A stretch of DNA of 64,000 nt from Macrostomum hystrix (lineage: Eukaryota > Animalia > Platyhelminthes): NCBI GenBank assembly GCA_950097015.1, contig CATNEN010000001.1:15128001-15192000 (forward strand). Direction: 5' to 3'. This document shows, in pieces, positions 31,700-44,894 of this stretch. Under the pieces are notes generated by a model that was not told where the DNA came from, searched no databases, and was given only the letters and a program-made list of their open reading frames with translations. Position 1 is the first letter of the stretch, and each line of letters begins with the position of its first letter. A program made the position numbers and the translations under genes.

Positions 31700-33056
31700 C
31701 TGTTAGGGTGACATTTAACCCCCGGGACGCCCGACGCCCGACGTCTTCGTCAGGGGCGGCTGGGTCGGCAGCGGCGGCAGGGTCGGCAGCGGCGACAGGG
31801 TCGGCGGCGGCGGCAGGGGCAGCAGTGCGTCCTAGTGCACGCAATAACTGCTTGTGTGATCCTATTCCGTGCCGGAATAAGCAATATTGCTGTTCCGGAA
31901 AGTACTGAAGCACCTAAAGGAGAAAGGCAAGTCAAAGTTAAGGCTTTCACTTTTCAAGTCAAAGAAATCGAGGGCTTTGACTTTCGACAGCCAGAAGTCC
32001 AAGTTTAATTTTTTAAGTCTAAGAAATTTAGGGCTTTGACTTCTGATTGCCAAAAGTCCAAGTTCCACTTATTAAGTCTAAGAAATCCAGGGCTATGCTT
32101 CTAGGGCTATCCAGGGCTATACTACGCTGCGACTTTTGGAATTAAATGGAATTAAATTAAAATTCGTTTATATCCAATTTTTTAAAATAATAAAATTAAT
32201 ATTAAAATTAATAACTACAATAATAATAATAACATCAAAATGGTTGTAAAAAAAATTTACATTTCAAAGCAGATCAAATACAGACTTACAGCATCCCCTG
32301 ACGTATAGGCCATGCTTTTGCCTGATGCGCCGGCAGCTTGGGTGATTCGGAGGCACGGGCAGAGCAGCCGCACGCAGTCCTTGGCCTTGCAGGTAATGAA
32401 GCAGGCACTATTTAATGGGCACGTTTGCATGGGAGCCAATGGGCGGCCCATAATTCGATCTAGAGGCAGCGGCCCCACGCGCAATACATCCAGGATGGTT
32501 GCCATGGCGATGCTGATGCTGATGCTGCAAACAAATAGTAAAACTTAATAGAGTATCTCCAGCCTCTTGATTTTGTGTAGCTAATATTATCAATATTACT
32601 TCTGATTGCCAAAAGTTCAAGTTCCACTTTTCAAGTCTAAGAAATTACTCTCAGGTTAATGTAATCTCCTATATGGATACTATGGATATAAGAATTAGAT
32701 AACAATAAAAGACAAGAATGATTTTAAATATGATAGGGGCCTAAATGGGCCATGTTAGGAGCATAAAATCATTATACTACAATCAACCCTCTTCAAATAT
32801 ATCATTTCAATGAATCCCCCTTTGAATATTACAGCTGATGTAATAATCAGTTCCTGTTGAATACATTCAGGTCTAACAATCAATCCCCTTTTGAATAGTT
32901 GCAATTGCAATAATTTAAACCATCTACTGCACACCATTCAAAAGATGATAATTTCTGCAAACAAATAGTAAAACTAAAAGGAGTTATCACCAGCCTCTTG
33001 ATTTTGTGTAGCATTTCATGCATAGCTAATATTATCAATTGCTTTTAATTGCTTTT

Positions 33057-33503
33057 AATTGCCAAAAGTCTAAGCTCCACTTTTCAACTCTAAGTTGAAG
33101 TCTAAGTCTAAGAAATTGCTTTCAATTGCCAAAAGTCTAAGCTCCACTTTTCAACTCTAAGTTGAAGTCTAAGTCTAAGAAATTGCTTTCAATTGCCAAA
33201 AGTCCAAGCTCCACTTTTCAACTCTAAGTCTAAGTCTAAGAAATTGCTTTTAATTGCCAAAAGTCCAAGCTCCACTTTTCAACTCTAAGTCTAAGTCTAA
33301 GTCTAAGAAATTGCTTTCAATTGCCAAAAGTCCAAGCTCCACTTTTCAACTCTAAGTCTAAATCTAAGTCTAAGAAATTGCTTTCAACTGCCAAAAGTCC
33401 AAGCTCCACTTTTCAAGTCTAAGTCTAAGTCTGAGTCTAAGAAATTGCTTTCAATTGCCAAAAGTCCAAGCTCCACTTTTCAAGTCTAAGTCTAAGTCTA
33501 AGT
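33057..33503. repeat. Tandem array of ~60-72-bp units (TTGCCAAAAGTCCAAGCTCCACTTTTCAA..(TCTAAG)n..AAATTGC); dispersed relatives at 31930-32095 and 32600-32650
   Basis: Directly visible. Confidence 0.85.
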
Positions 33504-35029
33504 AAAAAAGCAACGTCTTTTAGCTCCAAATCCTTAAAGAATGATTTTAACTATGCTAGGAGTCTAAAGTTTATAGGTTAGTAGCATTCTATTTAAAGGT
33601 AGTCAATGGTAGTCTTTGATGTAGATAGACGTCCAAGATTTTATACATATTTTCTATAAAAATATTTCCATTTAAAATATGTTCAATAAAAACCAATTAG
33701 GATAATTGTTTACATAACAAAAATAATATATTTTTGTTATTAATATATTAGGTTCCACTAGTGAAATCTCAAAGCCATTTCTTATAGTTCAAGGTGCGAG
33801 TGGGAGTGATAAGCGAAGCGCGTGCGCAAGACAATTTAAAAAGCAATGGACAAAGCAAAGCAATGTCTTTTATTAACAAATTAAAACTTTGCTTTGCAAA
33901 TTCGAACAATAGAAACGATATAAAAATATCAAAATGTAGTAGAAACAGATTTTAACTCAGAGAAAATTACACACTGCCTCAATTTGTTGGTAACTTAGTT
34001 TTTTACGCTTTTGCTGTGCAATATCCGGCTGCGCCAGTCCGGCACCTCTAGATGGTCGGGACAGAAAGTTGTGGCTATTTTTAGAATTCCATGAGTTTGA
34101 CTTGTTATCCGTCAATGTCTTTGACTTTTCATAAAGTCAATGCTTCCTACATCCTTCTCGGGCCGATTCGAGACAGTTCCCGAGGTCCTAGGGAACTGAT
34201 TTTGGTGTCGTTCGAAAGGCCTGGCGATGCTCTATAGATTCCGGTTGAGTCCCCCGAGATTTTCTTTTGGGAGCCAACTTGGGCTCTGAGCGGCTACCTA
34301 ACTTGTCAAAGAGCAATATTAAGTCGAAAATTTGCCAAGGTCGAAATTTCAGTAATCCAATGGGGTCCGTCTGAAGAGGGTTTTGACACCTATAAGAATA
34401 TTCTTATTATTATGCACATGAACACAACAGAAACTGAAGTGCATATAGTATGCCATATATGGAATCACCGACTCTGCAGCAAATCGGGATACTTTTGCTA
34501 ATGATTTTATTCATAATTTTGTTACTATGATATAGTATATAGAATATAGTGCCTAAATAAGTGAGCGACCAAATCACACATCATATCCAGTCGATGGTTA
34601 GTTTTTGTGTAGAAACTATCAAACAAAGCCAGCCAATTAAGGGTAGAAATAGCACGCTATTTTTCCTCCAGGGGCAGATTTTCTTGAAAGTCCAGCATAT
34701 GGATAAAACTTTTACGCCCTTTTCGATTAAATAATTTTCAAAGCCATCCAAGTCAGTATTACTCAGCAATTCTTGCCGAAGACCCTATTCTTTCGAAAAT
34801 CGCATACGAAATTCAACTCGGGGTGGAGCTACAGAGAGCTATCCAGCATAAGAAGGCCCTCAGCATTGCTGCGGTCACTCTGAACTTTGCCGCTGCAATC
34901 ATTTCTAGGTTCAGAATGGCCGCCATCATCAATTTGTTAATGCGTTCGTCTGAAATTTTATTAGCTAATTTTTTATCCTTTGACTGAGTTTCTAAAAGTA
35001 AAAAAGTTTTTGTTTTTATCAGTTTTTTT

Positions 35030-36722
35030 TTCAGTAATCCCCACAGAATCAGCGGAAAACCTATACGGTAATCCTAGGTAATCACCTATACAGTTTTAGT
35101 TTAATATCTCTTATACGGTTAACCCCCACAGAATTATTCTGAAAGGGAATAAGAGAAATAAGAGAATCTATTTGATATCTCTTATACGGGAATCGCCACA
35201 GATTCTATTTAATATCTCTCAAGCGGGAATCCCCACAGAATCTATTGAATATCTCTTATACGGTGAACCCCCACAGAATCTTTTTGATATCTCTTAAGCG
35301 GGAATCCCCACAGAATCTATTGAATATCTTTTATTTGCCAACTTTGCAAATTTGCCAACTGGGCAAACAAAATTGGCCCCTTCTGCCGGACCTATTAAGG
35401 CCATTTGTCCTGGGCCATGCATTAGTACATCTTCGACCTTCATTTTTTAATTTGAAAGCTGAAAGCTGAAATGGAAAGACGAATTAAGAGTTTCCTTATT
35501 GAACCTTTCGCAAGGGCTGCAATTGCCATAGACATCTTGCGTACGTAACGTACCACTAGCCTTCGTGATGATATTCATTGGTTATTTTATGAAATACACA
35601 ACCCCACAGAATCCATTGAATATCTGTTATACGGGAATCCCCACGGAATCTATTTGATATCTCTAATACGGGAATCCCCACAGAATCTATTGAATATCTT
35701 TTATACGGGAATCGCCACAGAATCTATTGAATATCTTTTATACGGGAATATCCACAGAATCTATTGAATATCTTTTATACGGGAATCCCCACGGAATCTA
35801 TTTAATATCTCTCCAGCAGGAATCCCCACAGAATCTATTTAATATCTCTCAAGCGGGAATCCCCGCAGAATCTATTTAATATCTCTCAAGCGGGAATCGC
35901 CACCGAATCTATTGAATATCTTTTATACGGGAATCCCCACAGAATCTATTGAATATCTTTTATACGGGAATCCCCACAGAATCTATTGAATATCTTTTAT
36001 ACGGGAATCCCCACGGAATCTATTTGATATCTCTCAAGCGGGAATCGCCACAGAATCTATTGAATATCTCTTATACGGTGAACCCCACGGAATCTATTTG
36101 GTATCTCTCAAGCGGGAATCGCCACAGAATCTATTGAATATCTCTTATACGGTGAACCCCACGGAATCTATTTGGTATCTCTCAAGCGGGAATCGCCACA
36201 GAATCTATTGAATATCTCTTATACGGTGAACCCCACGGAATCTATTTGATATCTCTTAAGCGGGAATCCCCGCAGAATCTATTTAATATCTCTCAAGCGG
36301 GAATCCCCACAGAATCCATTGAATATCTGTTATACGGGAATCCCCACGGAATCTATTTGATATCTCTAATACGGGAATCCCCACAGAATCTATTTAATAT
36401 CTCTCAAGCGGGAATCCCCGCAGAATCTATTTAATATCTCTCAAGCGGGAATCCAAACAGAATCCATTGAATATCTGTTATACGGGAATCCCACAGAATT
36501 TATTGAATATCTCTCAAGCGGGAATCCCCGCAGAATCTATTTAATATCTCTCAAGCGGGAATCTCCACAGAATCTATTGAATATATTTTATACGGGAATC
36601 CCCACAGAATCTATTGAATATCTTTTATACGGGAATCCCCACGGAATCTATTTAATATCTCTCAAGCAGGAATCCCCACAGAAACTATTTAATATCTCTC
36701 AAGCGGGAATCCCCGCAGAATC
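35030..36722. repeat. Satellite, 37-bp unit (GGGAATCCCCACAGAATCTATTGAATATCTTTTATAC), with an internal non-repeat gap at ~35335-35600
   Basis: Directly visible periodicity. Confidence 0.93.
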
Positions 36723-37867
36723 CTTGTTGCTGAAGGTCCAGCTCGAGTTGGACTAGCAGATCCATACATAAATGCACCTTATAGCTACCTATGTAATGTC
36801 GATATTAAACAAGTATTTGACAAAATAGTTTTCTTGCGAATTATATTACCTCTGAATGTCTTTGTAGACTCAACTAGAGCCACAAATGTGCATGAAGTGC
36901 CAAAAGGAAGCCTGCCTCATATGCCACAGCTGCAGCTCTGGTTAGTACTTAGTACACCAGTGCTTATTTTTTTTAGTTTTACTTCTCTACTTTTACTTAT
37001 TAGGATGTAGCATTTTAGTTTTTTAATCTGCTCAAATGTTCTCATTGCAGCTGATATATCAGTCATCCTGTGCTTGAAGTGCTATATCGGCTATCATGAT
37101 TTTGAAGCACTCAAGCACAAAGCTAGCGTATTTTCACCTGATGTAAGTTCGTCTAGGCCGAGTTGTAAGTTTAAATCCTTTCCTATAGTGGCCTTTCTCC
37201 ACATCCTGCTTTCAGGCGCTGGTAAGATTTTTTCTAGGACAACTAGATAAGATGCACTCACCCTCGCAAAGGAACAGATACAGGGTGTCCGTCGTTAGTA
37301 CAGCAACAAATCCGTCGAATCCCGGACAGGTTCTCGTTCCCTTGCACAAAAGGACAATCACATTTGAACCTGAGGTGGGATTTTCCTTCAGAAACGCATT
37401 TAGTTTGGCCTGGACGTCTTTGCTAGTGCCATTTGTCTCCTGTTCCAGTTTAGTCACTTTGTAGACTGTCTCTAATGCAGAGCGCCTTGCACAAATATCT
37501 CGTGGCATTGTCATTCTGACGGCACTCGTCGCAGGACGCTTTCTGGCAGCTGGGGAATGAATTCCACTGCATAAAGGTCGGCAATGAAAAGTACCTTAGG
37601 ATTTGATTCCGCATAGATTTGTGCTGCATTTCATTGTATTTTGAAGAAAATACATGAAGCACTTGCTTGTTGAAAACCGCACCGGAGGGAAACGCAAGAG
37701 AGAGCAGAAAGAAGACGAGATGCATATGAGCAAACGCAACACGCTCAAACACATCAGAAAAATCTTCATTGTTATTGAAAATAGTGCACACTGCTCACTA
37801 AATGAGACATGCTGTACTGTTCATTTGCTGGTAATAAACGTGAGAGCTGATGCATCGTCGCCAGAGC

Positions 37868-38322
37868 CTATTTAATATCTCTCAAGCGGGAATCGCCACA
37901 GAATCTATTGAATATCTTTTATACGGGAATCGCCACAGAATCTATTGAATATCTTTTATACGGGAATCCCCACAGAATCTATTGAATATCTTTTATACGG
38001 GAATCCCCACGGAATCTATTTGATATCTCTCAAGCGGGAATCGCCACAGAATCTATTGAATATCTCTTATACGGTGAACCCCACGGAATCTATTTGGTAT
38101 CTCTCAAGCGGGAATCGCCACAGAATCTATTGAATATCTCTTATACGGTGAACCCCACGGAATCTATTTGATCTCTTAAGCGGGAATCCCCGCAGAATCT
38201 ATTTAATATCTCTCAAGCGGGAATCCCCACAGAATCCATTGAATATCTGTTATACGGGAATCCCCACGGAATCTATTTGATATCTCTAATACGGGAATCC
38301 CCACAGAATCTATTTAATATCT
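37868..38322. repeat. Second block of the 37-bp satellite, closely resembling ~35875-36400
   Basis: Same succession of unit variants; identical spurious ORFs at 35949 and 37945. Confidence 0.9.
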
Positions 38323-38582
38323 TCCCGTATATCAAGCGCTGAAATGATATATATATATATTATTAATTTATATATATTTATTTATTACCATTTATTATAT
38401 ATATATATTATTTATATCTTTTTATATATTTATGTCTTAATATATGGCCAAAACATCGTTGCCATGATGCGCAAAGAGAAGCCGCCGTCTTCGAAGAAAT
38501 CCAGTAAGCACCGCAAAAGGAAAGGGTATCGATACGGTGGCGGATGCGGCGCCTATAAAAAATGGCAGCCTGCTGCCGCAAC

Positions 38583-38756
38583 CGGCAATCCTGCATTAGG
38601 AAAGCGTCTTAGTGCTGCCAAGGCCCGCGGCCTCTGCAAGGCAACCTTTGCTGCCACAACCGGCGCCGATCGGACTATTTGGATTGACGACCAAGCAACA
38701 AGTTCAACTGCAGCAGAATCAGCAACTGCAGCAACAGCAGTTCCAGACCTTCAAAC
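38583..38756 (+). repeat. ~175-bp direct repeat, left copy (right copy 40742-40926)
   Basis: CGGCAATCCTGCATTAGGAAAGCGTCTTAG...CAGTTCCAGACCTTCAAAC present twice. Confidence 0.9.
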
Positions 38757-39129
38757 TTTATCAGCTTTATCAGGGTCTACAAATCAAAGCCTTTACATCA
38801 CACTGCCTTCCAATCACATGAAGCCTTTGAATGGTTAAAGCTGTATCTCGCTGTGCATACTACGAGCTAAATCATTATACCACTTTTCAGTGTGATCTGC
38901 AAAAGCGGCTGCAGTTGTGGTTAGTTTATTTTTATGCGGAGCATGGACTAACTTTTGTAATCATTGTGTTCAAACTAGCCTGCTCATTATCATATTTTTA
39001 AATAGTTTATGTGCAACAAAACTTGGCATTTGATAAACGATAAAACACATAGCATTTGTTCTGCTGACATCATTTTATTTTGTTAATTCTGCAACTCACA
39101 CATTCTGCAACTCTCAACAATGGCTGCTT

Positions 39130-39560
39130 GTGTCTTCTGTGTATATATGTGCCTGTGTGTGAAGGAAGAAGACCGTGAGTCTTCTGTGTATATATTATGC
39201 CTGCCTGTGTGTGAAGGAAGAAGACCGTGAGTCTTCTGTGTATATATATACCTGCCTGTGTGTGAAGGAAGAAGACCGTGAGTCTTCTGTGTATATATAT
39301 GCCTGCCTGTTTGTGAAGGAAGAAGACCGTAAGTCTTCTGTGTATATATATGCCTGCCTGTGTGTGAAGGAAGAAGACCGTGAGTCTTCTGTGTATATAT
39401 GCCTGTGTGTGAAGGAAGAAGACCGTGAGTCTTCTGTGTATATATATGAGCGAGAGAATGAGCGAGTTACAGTAGCGAGAGAATGAGCGAGAGAATGAGC
39501 GAGTTACAGTAGCGAGAGAATGAGCGAGTTACAGTAGCGAGAGAATGAGCGAGAGAATGA
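39130..39560. repeat. Tandem ~55-60-bp repeat (GCCTGTGTGTGAAGGAAGAAGACCGTGAGTCTTCTGTGTATATA) followed by (GAGCGAGAGAAT/GAGTTACAGTA) repeats
   Basis: Directly visible. Confidence 0.9.
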
Positions 39561-39561
39561 C

Positions 39562-40731
39562 CAGATCTACGCCCTACCCGATGGGCCTCTGCGTGCCCGA
39601 CCGCCTCTGGTCCGCTGCTGCAGTCTGGAGGGCCTCCTAGCCATTGACGAGGACGCGGCGCGGCAGGAGATCTCTCGGCTTGCCTTGGAGCGGCCGGTGA
39701 CTCTTCGGATTTCGAAAATCGACGGCTTGATTGAGAGTACCGGCGAGGCTGCCATCGTAGCCGAAGATATGCTGGACGATACTGGCAAATCAGTTAGCGA
39801 GCGGCTCCTTGAGCTGCGGTTGGTCAGGCGGTACAAGCCTGCCCGGCCCAGCCTGGAATCATTTGCAGAGCTCAAGATTGTAAACTCCGAAACCGCGCCA
39901 CCTTGTGTCTAAGAGCAAGCCAAGCCGCTTGTCAACAAATTTCAACAGTCTGCGCTGTCCACCTACGAATCTAAGTTGCCCAGCAACGAAGCGAAAGTTC
40001 CTAGCAACGAAACCAAAGGTCCTAGCAATGGGAATATTCCGCCTAGCAACGAAACTAAAGAGCGCAGCAACGAGAATATTCCGCCTGGCAACGAATTCAA
40101 AGAGCCTGGCAACGAGAGCATTCCGCTCAGCAACGAAACCAAAGGGTCTAGCAACGGGAATATTCAGCCTAGCAACGAATGCAAAGGGCATAGTAACGAG
40201 AATATTCCGCCTAGTAACAAGAATCTTCCGCCTATCAACAACACTAGACCACTTAGAAACGAAGCTAAGCCGGCTATGAACGCTGGGAAATCTATCTACA
40301 TCGGTGCCGTCACGATTACTGAAGTGCTCTCACCGAACGAGTTTTTTTGCATTCTGCCCAATGCACCACCTCCAGTTCTGCCCCTGTCACCTAGGGAACC
40401 AATAGGCCTCACAAGTCTGGCCGAACTTGATGAGTTCGACCTCAACGCCCTATACGTGGCCCGCTATTCGAGGGATCCTACTCGCCGCTACAATCGCGTG
40501 CGCCTGCTCAGCTTGAACCTTTGCAACGCCACGGCAACCGTGCTTCTAGTCGACTTTGGTCACGTCGAATCGACGAAACCACGTGGTCGAAGCCACGAAA
40601 TATATCAAGTACCTACCTGTTGTGGCCTTCGGCTTTGGCGGTTTCGGCTGCTTCCGCTGGGGGGAGGGGCGGAGCGCGTTGGGAGTTCCAGTCTCTGCCG
40701 CGCAGTCGCAGTGCATTGCGTGAACGCCTGA
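39562..40731 (+). pseudogene. Fragment of a multi-Tudor (TDRD-like) gene
   Basis: End of one extended Tudor domain (IYALP..PL...PPLVRCCSL), in-frame TAA at 39910, SNE-repeat linker, second extended Tudor domain (ITEVLSPNEFFC; YVARYSRD..RRYNRVRL; ATVLLVDFGHVE), then frameshifted EFQSLP/AVAVHC. Confidence 0.75.
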
Positions 40732-40741
40732 CTTAGACTGT

Positions 40742-40926
40742 CGGCAATCCTGCATTAGGAAAGCGTCTTAGCGCTCCTCCTGTGCTGCCAAGGCCCGCGG
40801 CCTCTGCAAGGCAACCTTTGCTGCCACAACCGGCGCCGATCGGACTATTTGGATTGACGACCAAGCAACAAGTTCAACTGCAGCAGAATCAGCAACTGCA
40901 GCAACAGCAGTTCCAGACCTTCAAAC
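40742..40926 (+). repeat. ~175-bp direct repeat, right copy
   Basis: Matches 38583-38756 with a short insertion. Confidence 0.9.
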
Positions 40927-42422
40927 CTCAGTAAAAAGGAAATTGTAAAAGCTTTTATTTTTATTACCAAATTCTAAAAGCACTGAGTGAATGAAGATTG
41001 AGCTACGGACACCTTACCTGAGAGGGAGGTGTACTCTCAGCGAATCTGCTCATTTTTGTGTAATTTTTTTATCTTCGAGCGTGGGTACATTTTTTTAAAT
41101 TGGTCGAGGGCGGCTGTATCAAAAGAAACAAGCTTTGATAATTCTGTGAAGGCACTGTGAAGGCATTTTACCTTGCTGCGCGGAAGGAATTGAGTTTTCT
41201 GCTAAATGGCTTGGTTAGCCTAATGCCCACTTTTTTGTAAAAATGTAACGATATATGATTTTCACTTTTTCAACCTTCACATTGAATGTTTTTAAACTAA
41301 AAAGTTGTAGAAATCAGCGCTCAAGAAGTGCTACTGCAAGTAGCAAATAGCAATTCAGCAAGAAGCCCCAGTTTGAATGTGTCTGCCCAACCAATGGCTG
41401 AATGACTCGCTTCTGATTGGTCCATGGAGGCGAGGGCTTTAGCTCTTATGCAGGAGGTAGAAAAGCCTATTTTTCGCTATAAAGGAGACACTCCACCAGG
41501 ACTAAAGTAGAGCATTTACTAACAATGCTCTACCTGGAATGCAATGCTTGCCTTTTCCTGGCTTCCTTTTTCTTGCTTTTCTGTGCTTTTTGCTTTCTTC
41601 GCCGTTTTAATTATTTTCTTCGAAACAATTTATCAGCAAATATATTGCATGTGGGCCATAGACGGTGCCCTTCCCTCGTTCGCTCTCTGCTATGTCGCAA
41701 CTGCTGTCTCTGTCTGCCTTCGTGTCTGGGAGTGTGGTGTTTACCTAGCTATGATTCTGGGCCTCATTCTGGGGAAATTTTTGCTGTAAAAAGCTCTTTT
41801 CTAAAGAATTGACTTTTTCTAATCGAGATAGAATGTGCTAGAGTACAATATTTCTCTAATTTTGGCATACTTTTTATATAGCAAATCATCTCTTATGACA
41901 ACGAATAAATGTCCTCTTTTTATATCTATATTGTGGCGGACAGTCAACACGCGACCGGCCAGCAACAGTGCAGCCGCACCCAAACCCCTCAACCTCAGTC
42001 TAGTTGAGGTGGGGGTTGGTGCACCCAGCCAGCCGGCTCGCTAAGCCGGGTGTGAGAAGTCACGCCACCATTTCGCACCTCCCTAGGCCCCTCTATCTCG
42101 CTCGCGCGCTTGCTGTAAATATAAATATACGTGCCATGCAGCACACTAACTTCGCTGCCACTCCAACTTCGTCAACAAAAGGCCTTCCGCCTTATTGGTG
42201 AGCCCGACGTCTACAAAAATAAGTGCGTTTATTAGCTGTGTGTTGCATTTTCCCATTTGCATTATTTTTTATGTATCTGTGCTAGTTTTTTGCGTTTTTA
42301 CTCAAACCGCTCAGTGTTACTAGCTGCAGTTACTTTAAATAAGCTAGTTTTTCTTTTGTTCTGTGTGCTCAATCTACCTGGTCGGCCCTGTGCGGTCCTG
42401 GCAGCCAACCGCCTTGGCCGAC

Positions 42423-42830
42423 AACAGCAGCACAGCAGAACAGCAGCACAGCAGAACAGCAGCACAGCAGAACAGCAGAACAGCAGCACAGCCAGCACAG
42501 TCATAGCCAGCCCGCCGCCCGGTAGCCCCTGGGGTCTCGCCCGACGTCCCGGTCGCTATCCGGACGACGGCTACGATCCCCTGCTGGTGACGAAACTGCT
42601 GGAGAACTACCGCAGCGAAAGCGAGAGCGAAAGCGAGAGCGAAAGCGAGAGCGAAAGCAAGAGCGAGAGAGCGAGAGAGCGAGAGCAAGTGGCAGGGAAG
42701 GAAAATAATAACATAGGATAAGTATTTGCAGAGCCATTATATTTGCAGAGCCATTATATTTGCAGAGCCATTATATTTGCAGAGCCATTATATTTGCAGA
42801 GCCATTATATTTGCAGAGCCATTATATTTG
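42423..42830. repeat. Cluster of short repeats: (CAGCAGCACAGCAGAA), (GAGCGAAAGCGA), 17-bp TATTTGCAGAGCCATTA x6
   Basis: Directly visible. Confidence 0.85.
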
Positions 42831-42849
42831 CACATCTGTGCAAATAGTG

Positions 42850-43385
42850 TCGACACCTCCTGGCATCGTGGTCAGCCTATCAGGCCGCGGATGACCTCGG
42901 TTGGCTCGGACGGCCGCGCCTCGGCTGCGGCAGCCAAGATCGGCACATCAGGGACGAGCAGAGGACAGCGCAGCGCACGCCGTCGCACTGAGCCAACCGG
43001 CGTGGGCGACTTCGCGGTGCTTCAAGACGCCAGTTGCCCCCGGTCTCTGCCGCTTCTGAATCGGATCCCCCCGGGTGGCGCCGGGGACCGTGAGGCCCAA
43101 CGTCATCGGGCCCTAGCCGTACCAGGTGGTCGCCTCAGGCTCGGCACGCTGAACTGCCGGACCCTGAAGGCCCCCTGGCGTCGCACTCTGCTCGTCCAGC
43201 TGGCCCACGACCTACAGCTGGACCTCATAATGCTGCAGGAGGTCTCTATTGTGGCGGAGCCAGGCCTTCAAAATGAGGACCTTGGAGCCGGATGGAGCCT
43301 CTTGTACACGTCGGCAGACGGCCGCGGGCGTGGCGGCGTCGGCGTGCTGATCGGACCGCGCCTTCGGCAGAGCGTGCACTGCGCC
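42850..43385 (+). mobile_element. 5' fragment of a non-LTR retrotransposon (RTE-like), APE endonuclease N-terminus only
   Basis: LRLGTLNCRTL...LDLIMLQEV...GGVGVLI motifs; similarity stops at ~43385. Confidence 0.75.
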
Positions 43386-44152
43386 CCAGTTGACAATAAT
43401 CCCCTAGTTGATGATGATCCCCTGTTGACAATGTTCCAGTTTTGTTGCAGTTCCCAATCTGATAACGCCTGCAGCTATGATCAAAAACTCTTTCCTATAG
43501 TTTTAGTATTGAATAAAACTTGCTGCTTCACTCGAAAAACTTATATTCTTTTCCGAGAGCGAGTACAGTAATAATAAAGCTAACAAATATCTGCTTCGAC
43601 AGTAGCTAACCAAAAGCGCTTACTATTTATACTCGAACCAAAAAAATGGCCAATAAAAATACTAATAAACAGAAACTTACGGTTTTTACTGTTGATCATA
43701 GAAGATTAGAAGAAAAAGAAGCAGTAACAAAACTGATGCTGAAATTAGATCTGCATTCTGCAAAATAATAGAAGTACTTTATTTCGGAGCTAGATGAAAA
43801 GAAAGCGGCACAATGATCGAAGTCGAGATATTAAGGTTTGACAATAGAAAGGCTGCAGTTTTATGGATAGTAAGGAGGAGGAGAGGTCTCGCTAGCATTG
43901 AGCATCATAAAAGCCCAATCATGAAATCTGCTATGTACGAGATTACGTTTTACTTATTCAAATCAAATCACTCAATCAGCCAAGAGACAAACTTATGAAC
44001 GCACGTACGGATCGAAAAGCAGTGACGCAATCCTATTCAATTGAGAGTATCGGGCCCTGTTCTGTGCGTGCGTGAAAAAGCACCGATGCAATCTAATAAA
44101 ACTGACAGTGTCCGGACCTATTCCAATTCAACCTTGTTTGGCCGGATCAACA

Positions 44153-44277
44153 CTTCGACATCAACTGACGAATTCATGTCTCTCCGGAGAGCTTCGACAT
44201 CAACTGACGAATTCATGTCTCTCCGGAGAGCTTCGACATCAACTGACGAATTCATGTCTCTCCGGAGAGCTTCGACA
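44153..44277. repeat. 39-bp tandem repeat x3
   Basis: CTTCGACATCAACTGACGAATTCATGTCTCTCCGGAGAG repeated. Confidence 0.9.
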
Positions 44278-44894
44278 GCGGCCTGTGTCTCATAGCATCT
44301 CCTAGCAGTCAGAGTCGCCAAATAGATGGCCGTCTGCAGGGATGCAGGGTCCAGGCCGCTTCTTCGCAGCCGGTTCTGCGTTCCGGCCATAGAGGAGCCC
44401 GGTTGGCCTAGGAAGCTGCCATTGTCTGTTGACAACGTTAAGTTAACGGACGGGTTGATATGTAAGTTTGTAACTAAGCAAGTCTATTTGTGAATAACCA
44501 ATAAATAAGATTGTGAATGGATCAGTGAGTCTCAATGATTCAATAGTGAGTCTACAAATGAGTGAATGCAGAAATATTATTTTGAAACCTTACCATCAGC
44601 TACTTCCTGATGGACCGAGCTGCTCAGCCTGCTCGGTGAACGCTGAATGTCTGATGCCGATGGCCCCGAGAATTTTGGCACAGTAGTGGCATTGTCATGA
44701 CCTGTGAATGTAAGCAGAGTGGTGGGGGGAATAAATTAGACTTTGAATCACTTTTTGTAAATACGCTAGTAATTGATTGAGAAAGTCTGAATGAATTGAA
44801 CAGTGAGTCTGTGAGTGAATTGAACATTGAATTGTGAATGAATGAACCAGTGAGTCTGTGAATCAATAAATCAATGAGTTTTCGCGAATGGATC

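Noticed and set aside
28649-33618. P-element TIR pair (CAAGGACTACT / GGTAGTCTTTG)
   Set aside because: Only 9/11 match and the flanking 8-mers differ (no TSD)
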